Shown piece after piece: positions 1-58,094 of a DNA stretch of 64,000 nucleotides. The DNA is taken from NCBI RefSeq assembly GCF_001194135.2, contig NC_068985.1:27150868-27214867 (forward strand). The letters run 5' to 3'. This stretch comes from Octopus bimaculoides (Eukaryota). Position 1 is the stretch's first letter. Each line of letters starts with the position of its first letter. Under the pieces are notes generated by a model. That model was given only the letters and a program-made list of their open reading frames with translations. It had not been told where the DNA came from and ran no database searches. The position numbers were made by a program, and so were the translations under genes.

Positions 1-63
<63 letters not shown>
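1..63. repeat. (TG)n microsatellite, followed by a mixed TA/CA microsatellite-rich region to about 590
   Basis: Directly visible. Confidence 0.98.
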
Positions 64-65
<2 letters not shown>

Positions 66-366
66 CTAGGTATTTTGCTTGTAATCATCTGATGACAGTA
101 GTGCCAAGGTAACAAGTTGTTATATAACCAATTGGATTGCATACATTAGATGCAATTGAAATATTACTAATTCACTTTGTCATAATTTTAATATATAAAT
201 AAACAGCTGTTATAGTTAATCTGCAACGAAGTAGTGTTTGTTATTTTCCTATTTGCTTATAATCTTACTTATGCTGTTTGTAATTTCTACCTATCTATCT
301 ATAGATACATGATTATAAGTATATATATATATATATATGCATAATTATATAAATATTCACACACGC

Positions 367-401
<35 letters not shown>

Positions 402-557
402 TCCACACTGGTCACAGCATGTATATCTGTATATAAATACATATATATAAAACAATATTTATATATAAAAATGTATATAATTATCTCTATATCTGTGTTT
501 TTTAAGCAACATGCATGTATGTGTAGAATTACATGTGTACACACACACATAATTTTG

Positions 558-589
<32 letters not shown>

Positions 590-910
590 TATAGTTGTCC
601 CTAATAGAAAGAAATACAAAATGCTAGAACATGTTCTCTAGTGTTCAAAATAAGGTGAAGTTTAAAATTTAAAAAAATGTCTTAACCTAGCTGTTATCGA
701 CTGGAAGCTATAGATATACATAAGAAGCAGTAACGTTTTACATTTATGGCCCCTAAAATTTAAATACCAAATTACTTAACATATAGGGACATTACCTTGA
801 ATGTCAGTTTCCACCTGACACACCAGACTGAATGCCAGTTTCCCCTCAACGTAGTTGACTGAATGCCAAACTCTTTTTTTTTTCTTATATATTAACATCA
901 ACGGCTGTTT

Positions 911-1071
911 GACCTGCCTGATTGGATGGCATCTGTCACTCGACCTGCCTGTTTGGATGGCATCTGTCACTCGACCTGCTTGATTGGATGGCATCTGTGG
1001 CAGCTCGACCTGCCTGATTGGATGGCATCTGTTATTTGACATGCTTGGTTGGACGCCAGCTGCAGCCACTC
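911..1071. repeat. 31-bp minisatellite (GACCTGCCTGATTGGATGGCATCTGTCACTC), 4 copies plus 1 degenerate copy
   Basis: Units start at 911, 942, 973, 1007 and 1038. Confidence 0.9.
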
Positions 1072-2999
1072 AATTTTCCTGACAAGATGCCAGTTGCAAC
1101 CACTCAACTCACACCAGAGAATGTGTGGTTGCTTTATGCACCTAATTGAATAACAGTGGCCTTTTAACCCACCACGAAAGATACCGGCATGTGCCCAGCT
1201 CACCTGACTGGAAGGTAGCAGCTGCTCAGCTCATCTGATTGGAAGCTGTGGCCACGTGACCCACCTAAACTTAACGTTGGTGGCCAACTTGATCCATCTG
1301 AATGAATGCTGGCAACCTCTCAGCTCTTCTGATCGAATGCTTGACACTTTACTTTGTAATATTATGAGATATGAGAGAAACTCAGGGTTTTTTACTATAA
1401 AGATGATATATCAACATAGCAGTCAAACCTGTAGAATTCCATTGTAAGCTATTGCTTTGCTGATGATGGTTTTTTTTTTTTTTTTTTTTTTTTTTTGGAA
1501 ACTATGAAATTGGATTGTGATGTTCACAGATTATAAAATACCGGTGGCAAGCTTTCCTTGCAGAAGGATACTAGAGGTGATTGGTTGAGGCCTTCTTATC
1601 TGGCGTTCCACTTCTTGATGGGTCACAAGCTGTAATACATTATTGCTACATGCTAAATAAGTTGAGCTGGTACCCTAAGGGAACATGAAGCATATTTCCA
1701 TGAATACTGACCCCATCAGAGAATATAATTAATGGAAATTGACATAATAAATTATAGGTTTGATTAAAAGAATTAAAAATGAAAATAAAAAGCAAAACCA
1801 CAACCAGTCATTTTCTCCAAAATTAGCTGACAGAGGAGTTTATGATGGAGGAAACAATCTTAATTTCCTAATTTTTGAATCCTCATCATTCTTAGTTTCA
1901 TACAGGTTTTATCATCATCATTATCATCATCATCATCATCTGGTTGCTGATGAATCTAATAAAAAAAATAATTATGATATAAAGTTTAAATAAATAAAAT
2001 CGATTGTTGGACTGATGAACATATTACCAAAATGAAGAACTCTTCCCTATCATGTTAATCTTTTGTTCGGTTCTTTTGTCATAAAAAGGCTGTTGCAACT
2101 TGGTATGCAAGGCTTGTAATAAAGACAACAGCCAGACTAGTGGGGGTGGAGTGGCGATGTCAATGTCATCTGGAGGGTTAAGATTTTGACCAAGGAGACA
2201 CTTGAGTTAGTTGACCAGTTCTGTTTCACAACGTTAACTTTTCAGTGTGAGTACTGCTTGTTTCAAATTGAGATGAGCAGAGAAGGTTTGATGTTAGAAA
2301 TTATGACCAAGCTGTTTGGATAAATTGCTATGAGGAAGACATGTTGGACAGGTTTGAAAGCACATCCCCCAAAATTGTGCTCATGCATAGTGCGACCATG
2401 AAGACAGTGATGGCTTAATTGAAATCATTGAAATCCACTTCCAACAAAGTAGCCATCTTTACTGCCATAGTCACAACTGTTAGATGGCTTCTTGAAATGA
2501 ATGACATTAGGATACCTGTGAAGAAGATGGTGGTAAACATGAGGTTTGTTGTACATGCAACTGATGGTGATAACCAGATTTCTACAGCACCACCCCTCCA
2601 CCAGTTACAGATATTGCTACAATAAAGAACATACCATCCTCTACTTCAAGCTCTCTCTCCAGAAAATTTTTTTTAAAAATATTTTTGTTTTGTTTTGTTT
2701 GTTTGTTTGTTTGTTTGTTCAATGAAGGTTGATAACAGTCTATTAGTTGTACTAAAGGTAGCACTGGGTGGTTGATGTAGGATGTTCCTACAAGGTATTA
2801 TAACACATTATCATCACAGTTGATGTCCCACTTGCATACAAATACATACACATGCACACTAATGTGTAGAGTGAGCCAATGAATGATTGACTGATCTGGT
2901 GGATGATGAGAGTGGAAGTGGTCTGAAAGTGACCAGTCCTGCCAGATGTCTGTAAAAGTGGTAGCTGTTGCACTGCAGTTTCAGGACTAACAGGCTCTT

Positions 3000-48606
<45,607 letters not shown>

Positions 48607-48617
48607 TTATAAGAGAG

Positions 48618-48662
<45 letters not shown>

Positions 48663-49551
48663 NNNNNNNNNNNNNNNNNNNNNNNNNNNNNNNNNNNNNN
48701 NNNNNNNNNNNNNNNNNNNNNNNNNNNNNNNNNNNNNNNNNNNNNNNNNNNNNNNNNNNNNNNNNNNNNNNNNNNNNNNNNNNNNNNNNNNNNNNNNNNN
48801 NNNNNNNNNNNNNNNNNNNNNNNNNNNNNNNNNNNNNNNNNNNNNNNNNNNNNNNNNNNNNNNNNNNNNNNNNNNNNNNNNNNNNNNNNNNNNNNNNNNN
48901 NNNNNNNNNNNNNNNNNNNNNNNNNNNNNNNNNNNNNNNNNNNNNNNNNNNNNNNNNNNNNNNNNNNNNNNNNNNNNNNNNNNNNNNNNNNNNNNNNNNN
49001 NNNNNNNNNNNNNNNNNNNNNNNNNNNNNNNNNNNNNNNNNNNNNNNNNNNNNNNNNNNNNNNNNNNNNNNNNNNNNNNNNNNNNNNNNNNNNNNNNNNN
49101 NNNNNNNNNNNNNNNNNNNNNNNNNNNNNNNNNNNNNNNNNNNNNNNNNNNNNNNNNNNNNNNNNNNNNNNNNNNNNNNNNNNNNNNNNNNNNNNNNNNN
49201 NNNNNNNNNNNNNNNNNNNNNNNNNNNNNNNNNNNNNNNNNNNNNNNNNNNNNNNNNNNNNNNNNNNNNNNNNNNNNNNNNNNNNNNNNNNNNNNNNNNN
49301 NNNNNNNNNNNNNNNNNNNNNNNNNNNNNNNNNNNNNNNNNNNNNNNNNNNNNNNNNNNNNNNNNNNNNNNNNNNNNNNNNNNNNNNNNNNNNNNNNNNN
49401 NNNNNNNNNNNNNNNNNNNNNNNNNNNNNNNNNNNNNNNNNNNNNNNNNNNNNNNNAAAAAAAAAAAAAAAAAAAAGAATCTCAGAATTACTAAAATCAC
49501 TACCTTTCAACTTTAAATTTCTATGAACAGAGCTATTGTACAACATATTGT

Positions 49552-49907
49552 AGGCACAAGCATGGCTGTCTGGTTAAGAAGTCTGCTTTTCAACCACATG
49601 GTTTTATAGATTAGTCTTACTGTACAGGTATCATCTATTATAACCACAGGTTGAATAATGTCTTGTAAGTGGATTTGGTAGGCAGAAACTGTGTAGAAAC
49701 CCATTATGTGTGTGTGTGTTTGTCTCACCCATTGCTTGACAACTGGTGTTATTTTGTTTACATCCTTGTAACTTAGTGGTTCAGAAAAGGAAACTGATAA
49801 AAGTACCAGACTTTAGAATAAATACAGGGGATTTATTTGTTCAGCTAAACTTTTGAAGGTGGTGCCCCAGCATGCTTACAGCTCAATGGTTGAAACAAGT
49901 AAAACAT
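49552..49907 (+). mobile_element. tRNA-SINE family 1, degenerate full length
   Basis: GCATGGCTGTCTGGTTAAGAAG head and GAAACAAGTAAAA tail. Confidence 0.8.
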
Positions 49908-50197
49908 AATAGATGAAAAAAAAAAAAAAAAATAGTTATCAAAAATTATAATTAAAGTTAATTAACTGATGGATATTTAATAGAAGACAACATGAAAATG
50001 CCTAAAATAAAAAGTATTTATTACTTCCTTTCATTATTAAGAAAATGAAAGAAGACTAAGTTTAATAATGGAGAAAATGTATAAGAATATCTACAGCAAC
50101 AAATGCCAGTAACAAGAATGATTTCCCTTAGACTGCACCTGCAGGAAACAGTCTATACAGTCATAGTTTAACAATTGGTATTGTCAATAACTTCATA

Positions 50198-50386
50198 CCG
50201 TATTTAATGGAATATCAGACGCACAGGTATATTAGATGCACCCTAAGCTCAGCAGTGTATATTCAGGAAAAAGTGAGTGTGAAGCACAAAATTAGCTTAT
50301 GGGAGGTTAAACTTCGTATATAGGACCTGAGATGATTTTTTTTTTTCAGCAAAAAAAAAGTGCTTTGTATGTGCGATTAAATACGG
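50198..50386. mobile_element. Tc2/pogo-type MITE (189 bp)
   Basis: TA|CCGTATTTAAT...ATTAAATACGG|TA: a perfect 11-bp TIR with TA target duplication. Confidence 0.8.
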
Positions 50387-50954
50387 TAGTTCTTATGGTT
50401 TGAGTGTCATGACTTCCATTATTTTTAACTACAGCACAATAGTTTTGGATATAAATGCATTAGCTTATGTGAGAAATTCATTCGCCTGTAGTGAAATAGT
50501 TTTGAAGTTTTAATTTGAAGTAACAAATCATAAAAGACTTCGTAAAAATATAAATTCAAAAATTCATCACTATCTAAAACATATTTCCATTGAGTTAGAG
50601 ATGGTCGGTGAATGTTTCATACATCCAAATAAAAACATATGATATAAATAAATTAAAACCATTTTACAGAAGGCAAAAATAATTGTGTAATAATTCTATT
50701 TGTCTTGTTTTAAAATGAATGAACCAAAAAAGTAGACTAATAATCTCCAACATTAATATCTTAATTACAAGGTTCCAATTTTAGCAGCAGATTCTAATTA
50801 TAGATGTATAGTTTTAACTTAATAGCAGTATTAATAGCCACAATCTCAGTTAACAAACCACTTGCAAGTTCATTAACTGATATTTATTATAAAGTTTAAC
50901 AAAATATAAGCACTCATTAAATGTAAAATTAAATAGATGTATATGTTAATAAGT

Positions 50955-51372
50955 GCAGACATGGACATGTGGTTAAGAAGTTTGCTTCCCAACCACATTG
51001 TCTGTTTTGACACCTTGGGGAAGAGCCTTCTACTATAGCTCTGGGCTGACAGAAGTCTTGCAAATGGATTTGGTAGATGGAAACTGAAAAAAGCCTATCA
51101 TATTTATGTGTGTGTGTGTGTGTGTGTTTGATTCCTTGTCTTGACATCATGTGATTGTTGTAAATGAATGTCATTCATTTCCACTATTCTGCAATAACAT
51201 GTCTGGCTATTTCTGGTCATGGGGAAATATTACTGTGCATGGAAACAGTTAAGGGGTAGCAACTGGAAGGGTATCCTGCCATGGAAAATCTATCTCGATA
51301 AACTCCATCTGACACATATAAGCATGGAAAAGTGGATGTAAATATGATGATAATGATGATGATGATGATGAT
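50955..51372 (+). mobile_element. SINE with a tRNA head and RTE-like (GAT)n tail
   Basis: Colinear with 14745-15180. Confidence 0.8.
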
Positions 51373-51719
51373 GATAATAATAAAGTAGACTAATGAACTG
51401 ATTTAAATGTCCATTTTTATTAACAACAAAAGTAATTCTTCAATTAGCAGAAACAAATAACTGGCCATACCTATACACTGAGTAAGATTATAGTAATTAT
51501 AACCATAAAGTAATGCCATAAATTAAGAAGCAAAGAAACAATGAGGTATCCACATTAAAAAATACCTGAAATTTTGGTAATAAAAATAGATTAACTGAGG
51601 TGAGAGTATCAACAACTAATCAGCAATTATTCATGTTCATAATTTTAACTTACAGATTTGTAAATATAGGTTATTAAAAGACTTGAAGCAAAATCTCTAA
51701 AAGAAATTAAATTGTTTAA

Positions 51720-51920
51720 CCCAACAGCATTCAAACTAGTTATTTCTGGCCCAAATATTCTAGTTGTTTTATGTTCAGACCAGACAGACCTGGCCTCTCA
51801 CATGTACCCAACAATGCCATTCTAGAAATACAAACATGATATGAGATAATGAATGATAAATTAAGAACAATGTGAATAAATAAGTATTACATTTGACAGA
51901 GTAATCTAAATGCTAAAGGG
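51720..51920. mobile_element. piggyBac-type MITE (201 bp)
   Basis: TTAA|CCCAACAGCATT...AATGCTAAAGGG|TTAA. Homologous to 33805-33975. Confidence 0.75.
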
Positions 51921-54900
51921 TTAAGGAAGCAAAGAACTATTGTGAAATGTATAAAGAAGTTAAAACAAATTTTATTTGATAAAAAATCTTGGTAATGTTC
52001 ATAAAGCTATGGAGATAATTCATAAGAAAAATCTACATAATATTAGTTTCAAATAAGGCACTGGTTAACATTCTTTTAAAGGAACATGTCAAAAGCTTAG
52101 CTATCCTTCTAGCTTGGCTCCTGTGTACAGATGATGCTAGCAGAAACTAAAATAGATATTTGGGGTGGGGCATGCAGAAGAGAGCCACAAATAGCAGTAT
52201 ATAACAGCAGTAGAACTGTACAACCCTAACAGAAAACCAAAAATAGTAGTTTGCAGCAACAGCAGTAAAATATCTGACATAACTAAAAATACTTATCTAA
52301 CTTAATTAATAAAAAATATTTCTTTATCAATTAACATCAGCTTAAGGCAGGCAAAGATTACATCCATGTTAAAAGTAATTAGCCTTCCTTATTAAAATAA
52401 AAATTTAAAAAAAAAATCAATCTTAAAAAAAAATGAAAGTTTAACTTTTTTTAAACAGAACAGTAACAGTCTTCACCATTAGACAAGCTATCTGTATAGA
52501 GTTCAGAATATATTCTAGGATTGATCAGTCATATATCATAGTTTGACTACACTTCCTCACGCATGCACAGGCACACACACACAATTTGTTTATTTTACAT
52601 CAGTTTTTCCATGCTTGCATAGGTTGGACAAATATGTTGAGGCATTGTTTTATAGTAGGATGCCCTTTCTTGTTTTTCAAATCAGGGATCTGATTTCACA
52701 CAGCTTTGAAGGCACAAAGTGAATGGATTTGTTGACAGGAAAACTGACAATGATAACCCTGCCCACCACAACTTATGCACAAGCAATCACAGGGGTGAAT
52801 GACTATACACACACACACACACACAATAGCTTCTTTTCAGTTTCTGTCTACCAAATTTTCTCACAAGGCTTTGTTAGCCCAGGGCTGTAGTCAAAAGCAC
52901 TTGCCCAAGGTGACATGCAGAGGAACTGAACCTGCACTAGATGATTCTGAAGCAAACTTCTACACCACTCTGCCAAAGTCTGCTCCAACACACACACGTA
53001 TTCTACTTATTCATTTTTTCAAAGTCAATGATTCCCAAATTCAACACAAAATTCAAGGACCTTTGAAACTGAAATGAAAAATAAGCAGAAGGTATTGTAA
53101 CTGATATTAAATGGAACTTGTTAAAATAGTCTTACATGAAATACTGATGACAACAATGATGAAGAATACATAAGATCATATAGTGCACAACTAATTTTAG
53201 ATTAGTCTCAAAGTATTAGATTAGTCTCCAGTTGTAATAGAAAGAACAAGTTAAAGAGTCACAACATTGTTTAACAATCAGTGAAGAGAAAGGCTTATGT
53301 AACTGGTTTTTGACTTTCTAAAAACTGTTGCAAGAACTTGTACATTTTGTTCCCATTATTTAATCAGCATTTAGTCCAAGAAAAAAAAAAAAAAGAAAAA
53401 AAAAAAAGGAACTGCATATTGGTGTTCACTGAGTAGAGACTGGAACACTGACTAAAAAGTATTACTACTGCAGAAATTATGTGAACTTCATTCCCAAAAC
53501 TATTTTAGGTTAAATTTTCTCATCTCCATTAATGAGGAAAAATGAAGAAATTAACAAAAAGATCTAAATAACTTTTACATCTAGGTTTGGTGATACAAAC
53601 AGGAAAATAGGACTCAAAGCATAAGTATATATATTTGATAAGTGCCATTGTATGAAATGCTTAGCCACTGAGTCACTCTGTAATTTTTGTTGATTAATAA
53701 TAATAAAAAAATAATTTTTACAATTTGGTATTTCAAAAAGTTGATATCAAAATATGTACTTATCAACATAAATTTTGAAAGAATCCTATTAAAGACCTAT
53801 AAGGAAAAAGTGAATCACTATTGGCGGTTGTATTTATAGGCTATAATACAACTTTTCCAAAATACAGCAAAATTCATAACACTATTATTTTCAATGCACA
53901 ATTTTAACTCAATTCTTGCAAAACAAATTCAGTATGTGGAAAAAAACATCCATAATGTTTTTATTACTAAAATAGAAAATATCTTTATGAAGCTAAAAGA
54001 TTTTTCTGGTTAGAATTTTTTGAATTATTGTAACAGATATACAGTATTTGGGTAACAGAAATTTTTTTGAATTATTGCAACAGATACACAGTTTTTGACC
54101 AACAAAACATTGACTTTATTTTAATAATGCTTCATGGTTTGAAGAGATTCACAGCACCACCAACCAGTATATTAATGTCCTGCACATATGAAGTTATGTT
54201 GATATTCTAAATATGTTGTTTTAACCAAAACTGAAGCTGTTAATATATTTTCTTTAAATATATATAACAAGAAATAAATAAGAATAAAATCCAAAACTAA
54301 AAACATATGTAAAGAAAAGAAAATTCCACATATAGGTAATGTCATATTGAAATATTTCAATTTTGGCGTTTTATTGTTGTATACTGGTGTTGAAAGCAGT
54401 ACAAGAAGATTGATCTGCTAGCAATCCTAAGCACAATATACTGGAGTGCTTTCCCATTGCTCATTCTAGGTTCTGAACTTCTATTTCAAGCTAATGAAAT
54501 ACTTATTAATCACAAAGTGTCTATGCTACTTAAAGTGATGAACTGTATTTCCCTATGGTACTTATTTAATGTTAATTACATTGGACAATTAGGAACTATA
54601 ATGCAGGAGATGGGATACTTGACCAGCTACAAGTCTTTAGGGAACCAATAAACAACTGAATTTCTTTGGCTCGAATGATATATTCAAAGCAATTAAGAAC
54701 AGCATCTTTTGTCTATTACTCGTTTCTTCAACCAGTTTAGGAATACCTTATGGTATTCCTTCAACCAGTTAAGGAATACTATAGCAGTTTTAATTATACT
54801 GCAGTGCATGTATAATTTCTCTCATCCAAGCAAGTTATATAATTAAGAATATTTACATTTTTATGACTTGATTTTTTCCTTATGGCATTGAAACCCTGCA

Positions 54901-56555
54901 AAATAATTTGATAGGCATATATCAAATAATTAGTAATTAGTGAAATAAGATACTTAATGATGGCACTGCTTTAATAGAGTGATACTAGTGTTGTATAGTG
55001 ATGATGTCACTTCAAAGTGATGGTATTATTAGATAATAGCCCCAGTAAATCTGGTATCATTTCTGATAGCTAAGTAAATGGATGTATATACATTTAAAGC
55101 ATGTTGCTCCAAGTTACAGCAAATTGCCTGCACTTGATTCGGATGACTGAAGACTTATTAGTTTGGTCATCTGATCGGTCCTACCATTGGCAGTAAAACC
55201 TCACAAATGGCATGCTACAAAATAAATCAAACCAGTTGAGTAGCAGTACTGATACGAGAACAATGCAATGGAAGACTGGTGGAGAATCACAATGATGTAG
55301 TGACTCACAGAAGACACTGGCAGTCAGACTAATTAATTATACAATAGTCTTCCTTATCCGAGGAAGTTCTCTTTATGGGCAACTTGTGAAACATTTGTTT
55401 TATTTTGTGTCATTAAAGTAAAAAAAAAAAAAAACACACAAAAAAGAAAGAAAATAAAAACCCCACTAATTTGGATGAGCATTAAAAGCCAAAATATAAT
55501 AGCCTAATATTCTTAATATTGACAAAAGTGAACATGCCAGAGAAAATTTATAGTTAATAATTCATATCTGAAGACCAATTAAATCTAAGATAAAGCAGCT
55601 CCTTAAACGTTTTTTATGCCAATTGTATAGCTGCAATATCCCACCAAATTCATCATTTTACAAAGTAGATTATTTTTTACTTCTGTCTAGCCCAATACCA
55701 ATTTTCACTATTATCAAAACTATTATCACTATTCAATAACCAATGTTTAAATAGGTTGCATAACCTACAAAAATCAGCTCTTTCATAATTTTCCCTAATT
55801 TTTTTGTTATCTCCCACCCCTGTTAACGAGATCAGCCACATATTAATCTGCATCTCTGATTCATTCTACATCTACACTAGAGTATTGTCTATAGAATTGA
55901 GCATTTCACTATTATTTTATTCAGTTCATATTTTCTATTTTATCACATCTATAAAAGATCTCTTTTGTACACATATAATTCTTAGCTGTTATCTTCTCCT
56001 GAACTCAGTGCAATGAAAAGTTGTTAGTCAAGATGAAAATAAATATTGCCATGCTTAAAACATCGTTTTCAATAGGCAATGCCTGTCGGGGGGAAAAGTG
56101 CAAGTAAAATAAAGCAACATGACGTAAAGTGTAACGATGCCGACAGAGCGAAGTTTACTAAGTGCATATTGAGTCGGGACATGTTTGCATAAATGATATG
56201 AGACACAAACACATCAAGAACCAAAACAATGCTCATTGAAAATAAAAAAATGTAAATATTGTAGACATTTCAGCAAGTAACAAAACTCACTCTTAGTGAG
56301 CCTGAAACATTCACAGTGAATGAAATATATTTGATTTCGATTTTCAGCACATAGGATGAAATTATAGAGGAAGCCTTATAATTTTAAGTTTTATTTCAAA
56401 AGCTTAACATTAGAGCTGACTGCTTAAAACTGAATTAAGTTTTATAGTTCTTCATTCATGGACTCAGAACAAATGAATGTGAAGTGAAATGAGAGCAAAT
56501 ATCGAAACTAGTTTATTCTCTACTAGCGCTCTTCTAGATGACAGATGCTGCTACT

Positions 56556-56564
56556 GTGACATCC

Positions 56565-56627
<63 letters not shown>
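56556..56627. repeat. Compound (TG)n(TA)n microsatellite
   Basis: Directly visible. Confidence 0.95.
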
Positions 56628-56630
<3 letters not shown>

Positions 56631-56984
56631 TACAACTTTGTTATTGTTTAATTCCAGTCTAATTCCGATCAAGCAGACTTATGGTCAAAGGTGATCATCC
56701 TATCCTTTATTCAGATATAGTATGTCTAAGATCACATCCAATGCATCCTTCCTTCTTTTAAAATGTAGCATGTGGTTTGAAGAATATTGCAGCATGTTTA
56801 ACAACCACACAAACACTCTCTGTTCTCAACGGGCAACTGACAGTAATTTTTGAATAAAGAGTTTATATCGACTTATGACGTATGGATAATTCTCCACAGT
56901 TACTTCCCTACTAAATTTACCATGAGGTCATACTGAACACAATTAAGTCATAATTAAATATAAGAAATTAATAATAATAATAAT

Positions 56985-57402
56985 AATCTTTTGAAATTTT
57001 GGCACAAGGCCAGCAAATTCGGTGGGTGGAGTAGGTTGATTACATTGACACCCCAGTGTTCGACTGGCACTTATTTTATCAACCCTGAAAGGATGAAAGG
57101 CAAAATCAACCTCAGTGGAATTTGAACTCAGAATGTAACAGACAAAATGCCGCTAAGCATTTTGCCTGACATACTAACAATTCTTATTTCTTATTTCTTT
57201 ATTGTTCACAAGAGGCTAAAACATAGAGGGGACAAACAAGGACAGACAAAGGGATTAAGTCGATTACATCGACCCCAGTGCGTAAGTGGTACTTAATTTA
57301 TCGACCCCGAAAGGATGAAAGGCAAAGTCGACCTCGGCGGTATTCGAACTCAAAACCTAACGGCAGACGAAATGCCACTAACGTTTCTGCCAGCTCGCCG
57401 CC

Positions 57403-57404
<2 letters not shown>
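56985..57404 (-). mobile_element. Two tandem tRNA-SINE family 2 copies (56985-57182 degenerate; 57183-57404 young)
   Basis: Both show the AAAGGATGAAAGGCAAA...GAACTCA core and are flanked by (TAA)n. Confidence 0.85.
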
Positions 57405-57433
<29 letters not shown>

Positions 57434-57434
<1 letters not shown>

Positions 57435-57740
57435 TGCTGGACGAGATAGGAAAGTTATGGGGCATGAGGAAAGTAATGGTGGTACCGGTGGTAATTGGAG
57501 CATTGGGAGCAGTTTCCAAGAGCTTTGAAAAACATATTAAAAATATTGGAGCTGCTGTCAGGCTCAAAGTGATCCAGAAGACAGCATTGTTGGGTACAGC
57601 TAGCATTCTAAGGAGAGTATTGTCTTTTTGAGTCACAGGAGAAGGCACTACTTGAAACATTTGGTTATTTGTTATTGCCTGCTTTCAAGTAAAGAACAAC
57701 TCGTAATTAAGAACTATCCAAGAGTCTCTCAGAATAACAG
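57434..57740 (+). mobile_element. 3' end of an R4/Dong-like (restriction-like endonuclease) non-LTR retrotransposon
   Basis: The ORF LDEIGKLWGMRKVMVVPVVIGALGAVSKSFEKHI...IQKTALLGTASILRRVL* matches the R4/Dong C-terminus (EIxRLWxxKxxVIPVVIGALG...QKTALLGTARILRKVL). A short 3' UTR follows, and (TAA)n lies on both sides. Confidence 0.8.
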
Positions 57741-57756
57741 TAATAATAATAATAGC

Positions 57757-57973
57757 AATCCTTTCTACTATAGGCACAAGGCCTGAAATTTTAAGGGAGG
57801 GGGCTAACTAATTACATCAACTCCATTTCTTGACTGGTACTTTATTTCATTGGCCTCCAAAAGGATGGAAAGCAAAATTAACCTTGGTGAAATTTGAACT
57901 AAGAATGTAAGATGGACAAAATGCTGCTATGCATTTTGCCTGGCATGCTAATGATTCTGTCAGTTTGCTGTTT

Positions 57974-58005
<32 letters not shown>

Positions 58006-58090
58006 TTTTCTACAATGGGTACAAGGCCTGAAATTTTTTTAGGAAAAGGGACTAGTCAATTACATCAACCCCAGTGCTCAACTGGTACAT
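57757..58090 (-). mobile_element. tRNA-SINE family 2, one full copy and one partial copy
   Basis: CCTTTCTACTATAGGCACAAGGCCTG at 57760 and a second GGTACAAGGCCTG at 58018, separated by (TAA)n. Confidence 0.8.
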
Positions 58091-58094
58091 ATAT

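Noticed and set aside
299-619. 106-aa ORF rich in CV/YI repeats (similar ORFs at 16487-16696 and 23075-23311)
   Set aside because: Translations of TG/TA/GATA microsatellites.
911-1071. Regularly spaced 31-bp repeats as a CRISPR-like array
   Set aside because: The units are head-to-tail with no unique spacers, the context is eukaryotic, and there are no cas genes.
54998-55066. C box GTGATGA and D box CTGA 69 nt apart (C/D snoRNA-like)
   Set aside because: It is antisense to the host gene, lacks a terminal stem, and I recognised no rRNA guide.
53669-55307. Isolated AP-1 sites (TGAGTCA at 53669, TGACTCA at 55301)
   Set aside because: Single heptamers are expected by chance at this scale, and they are not clustered.
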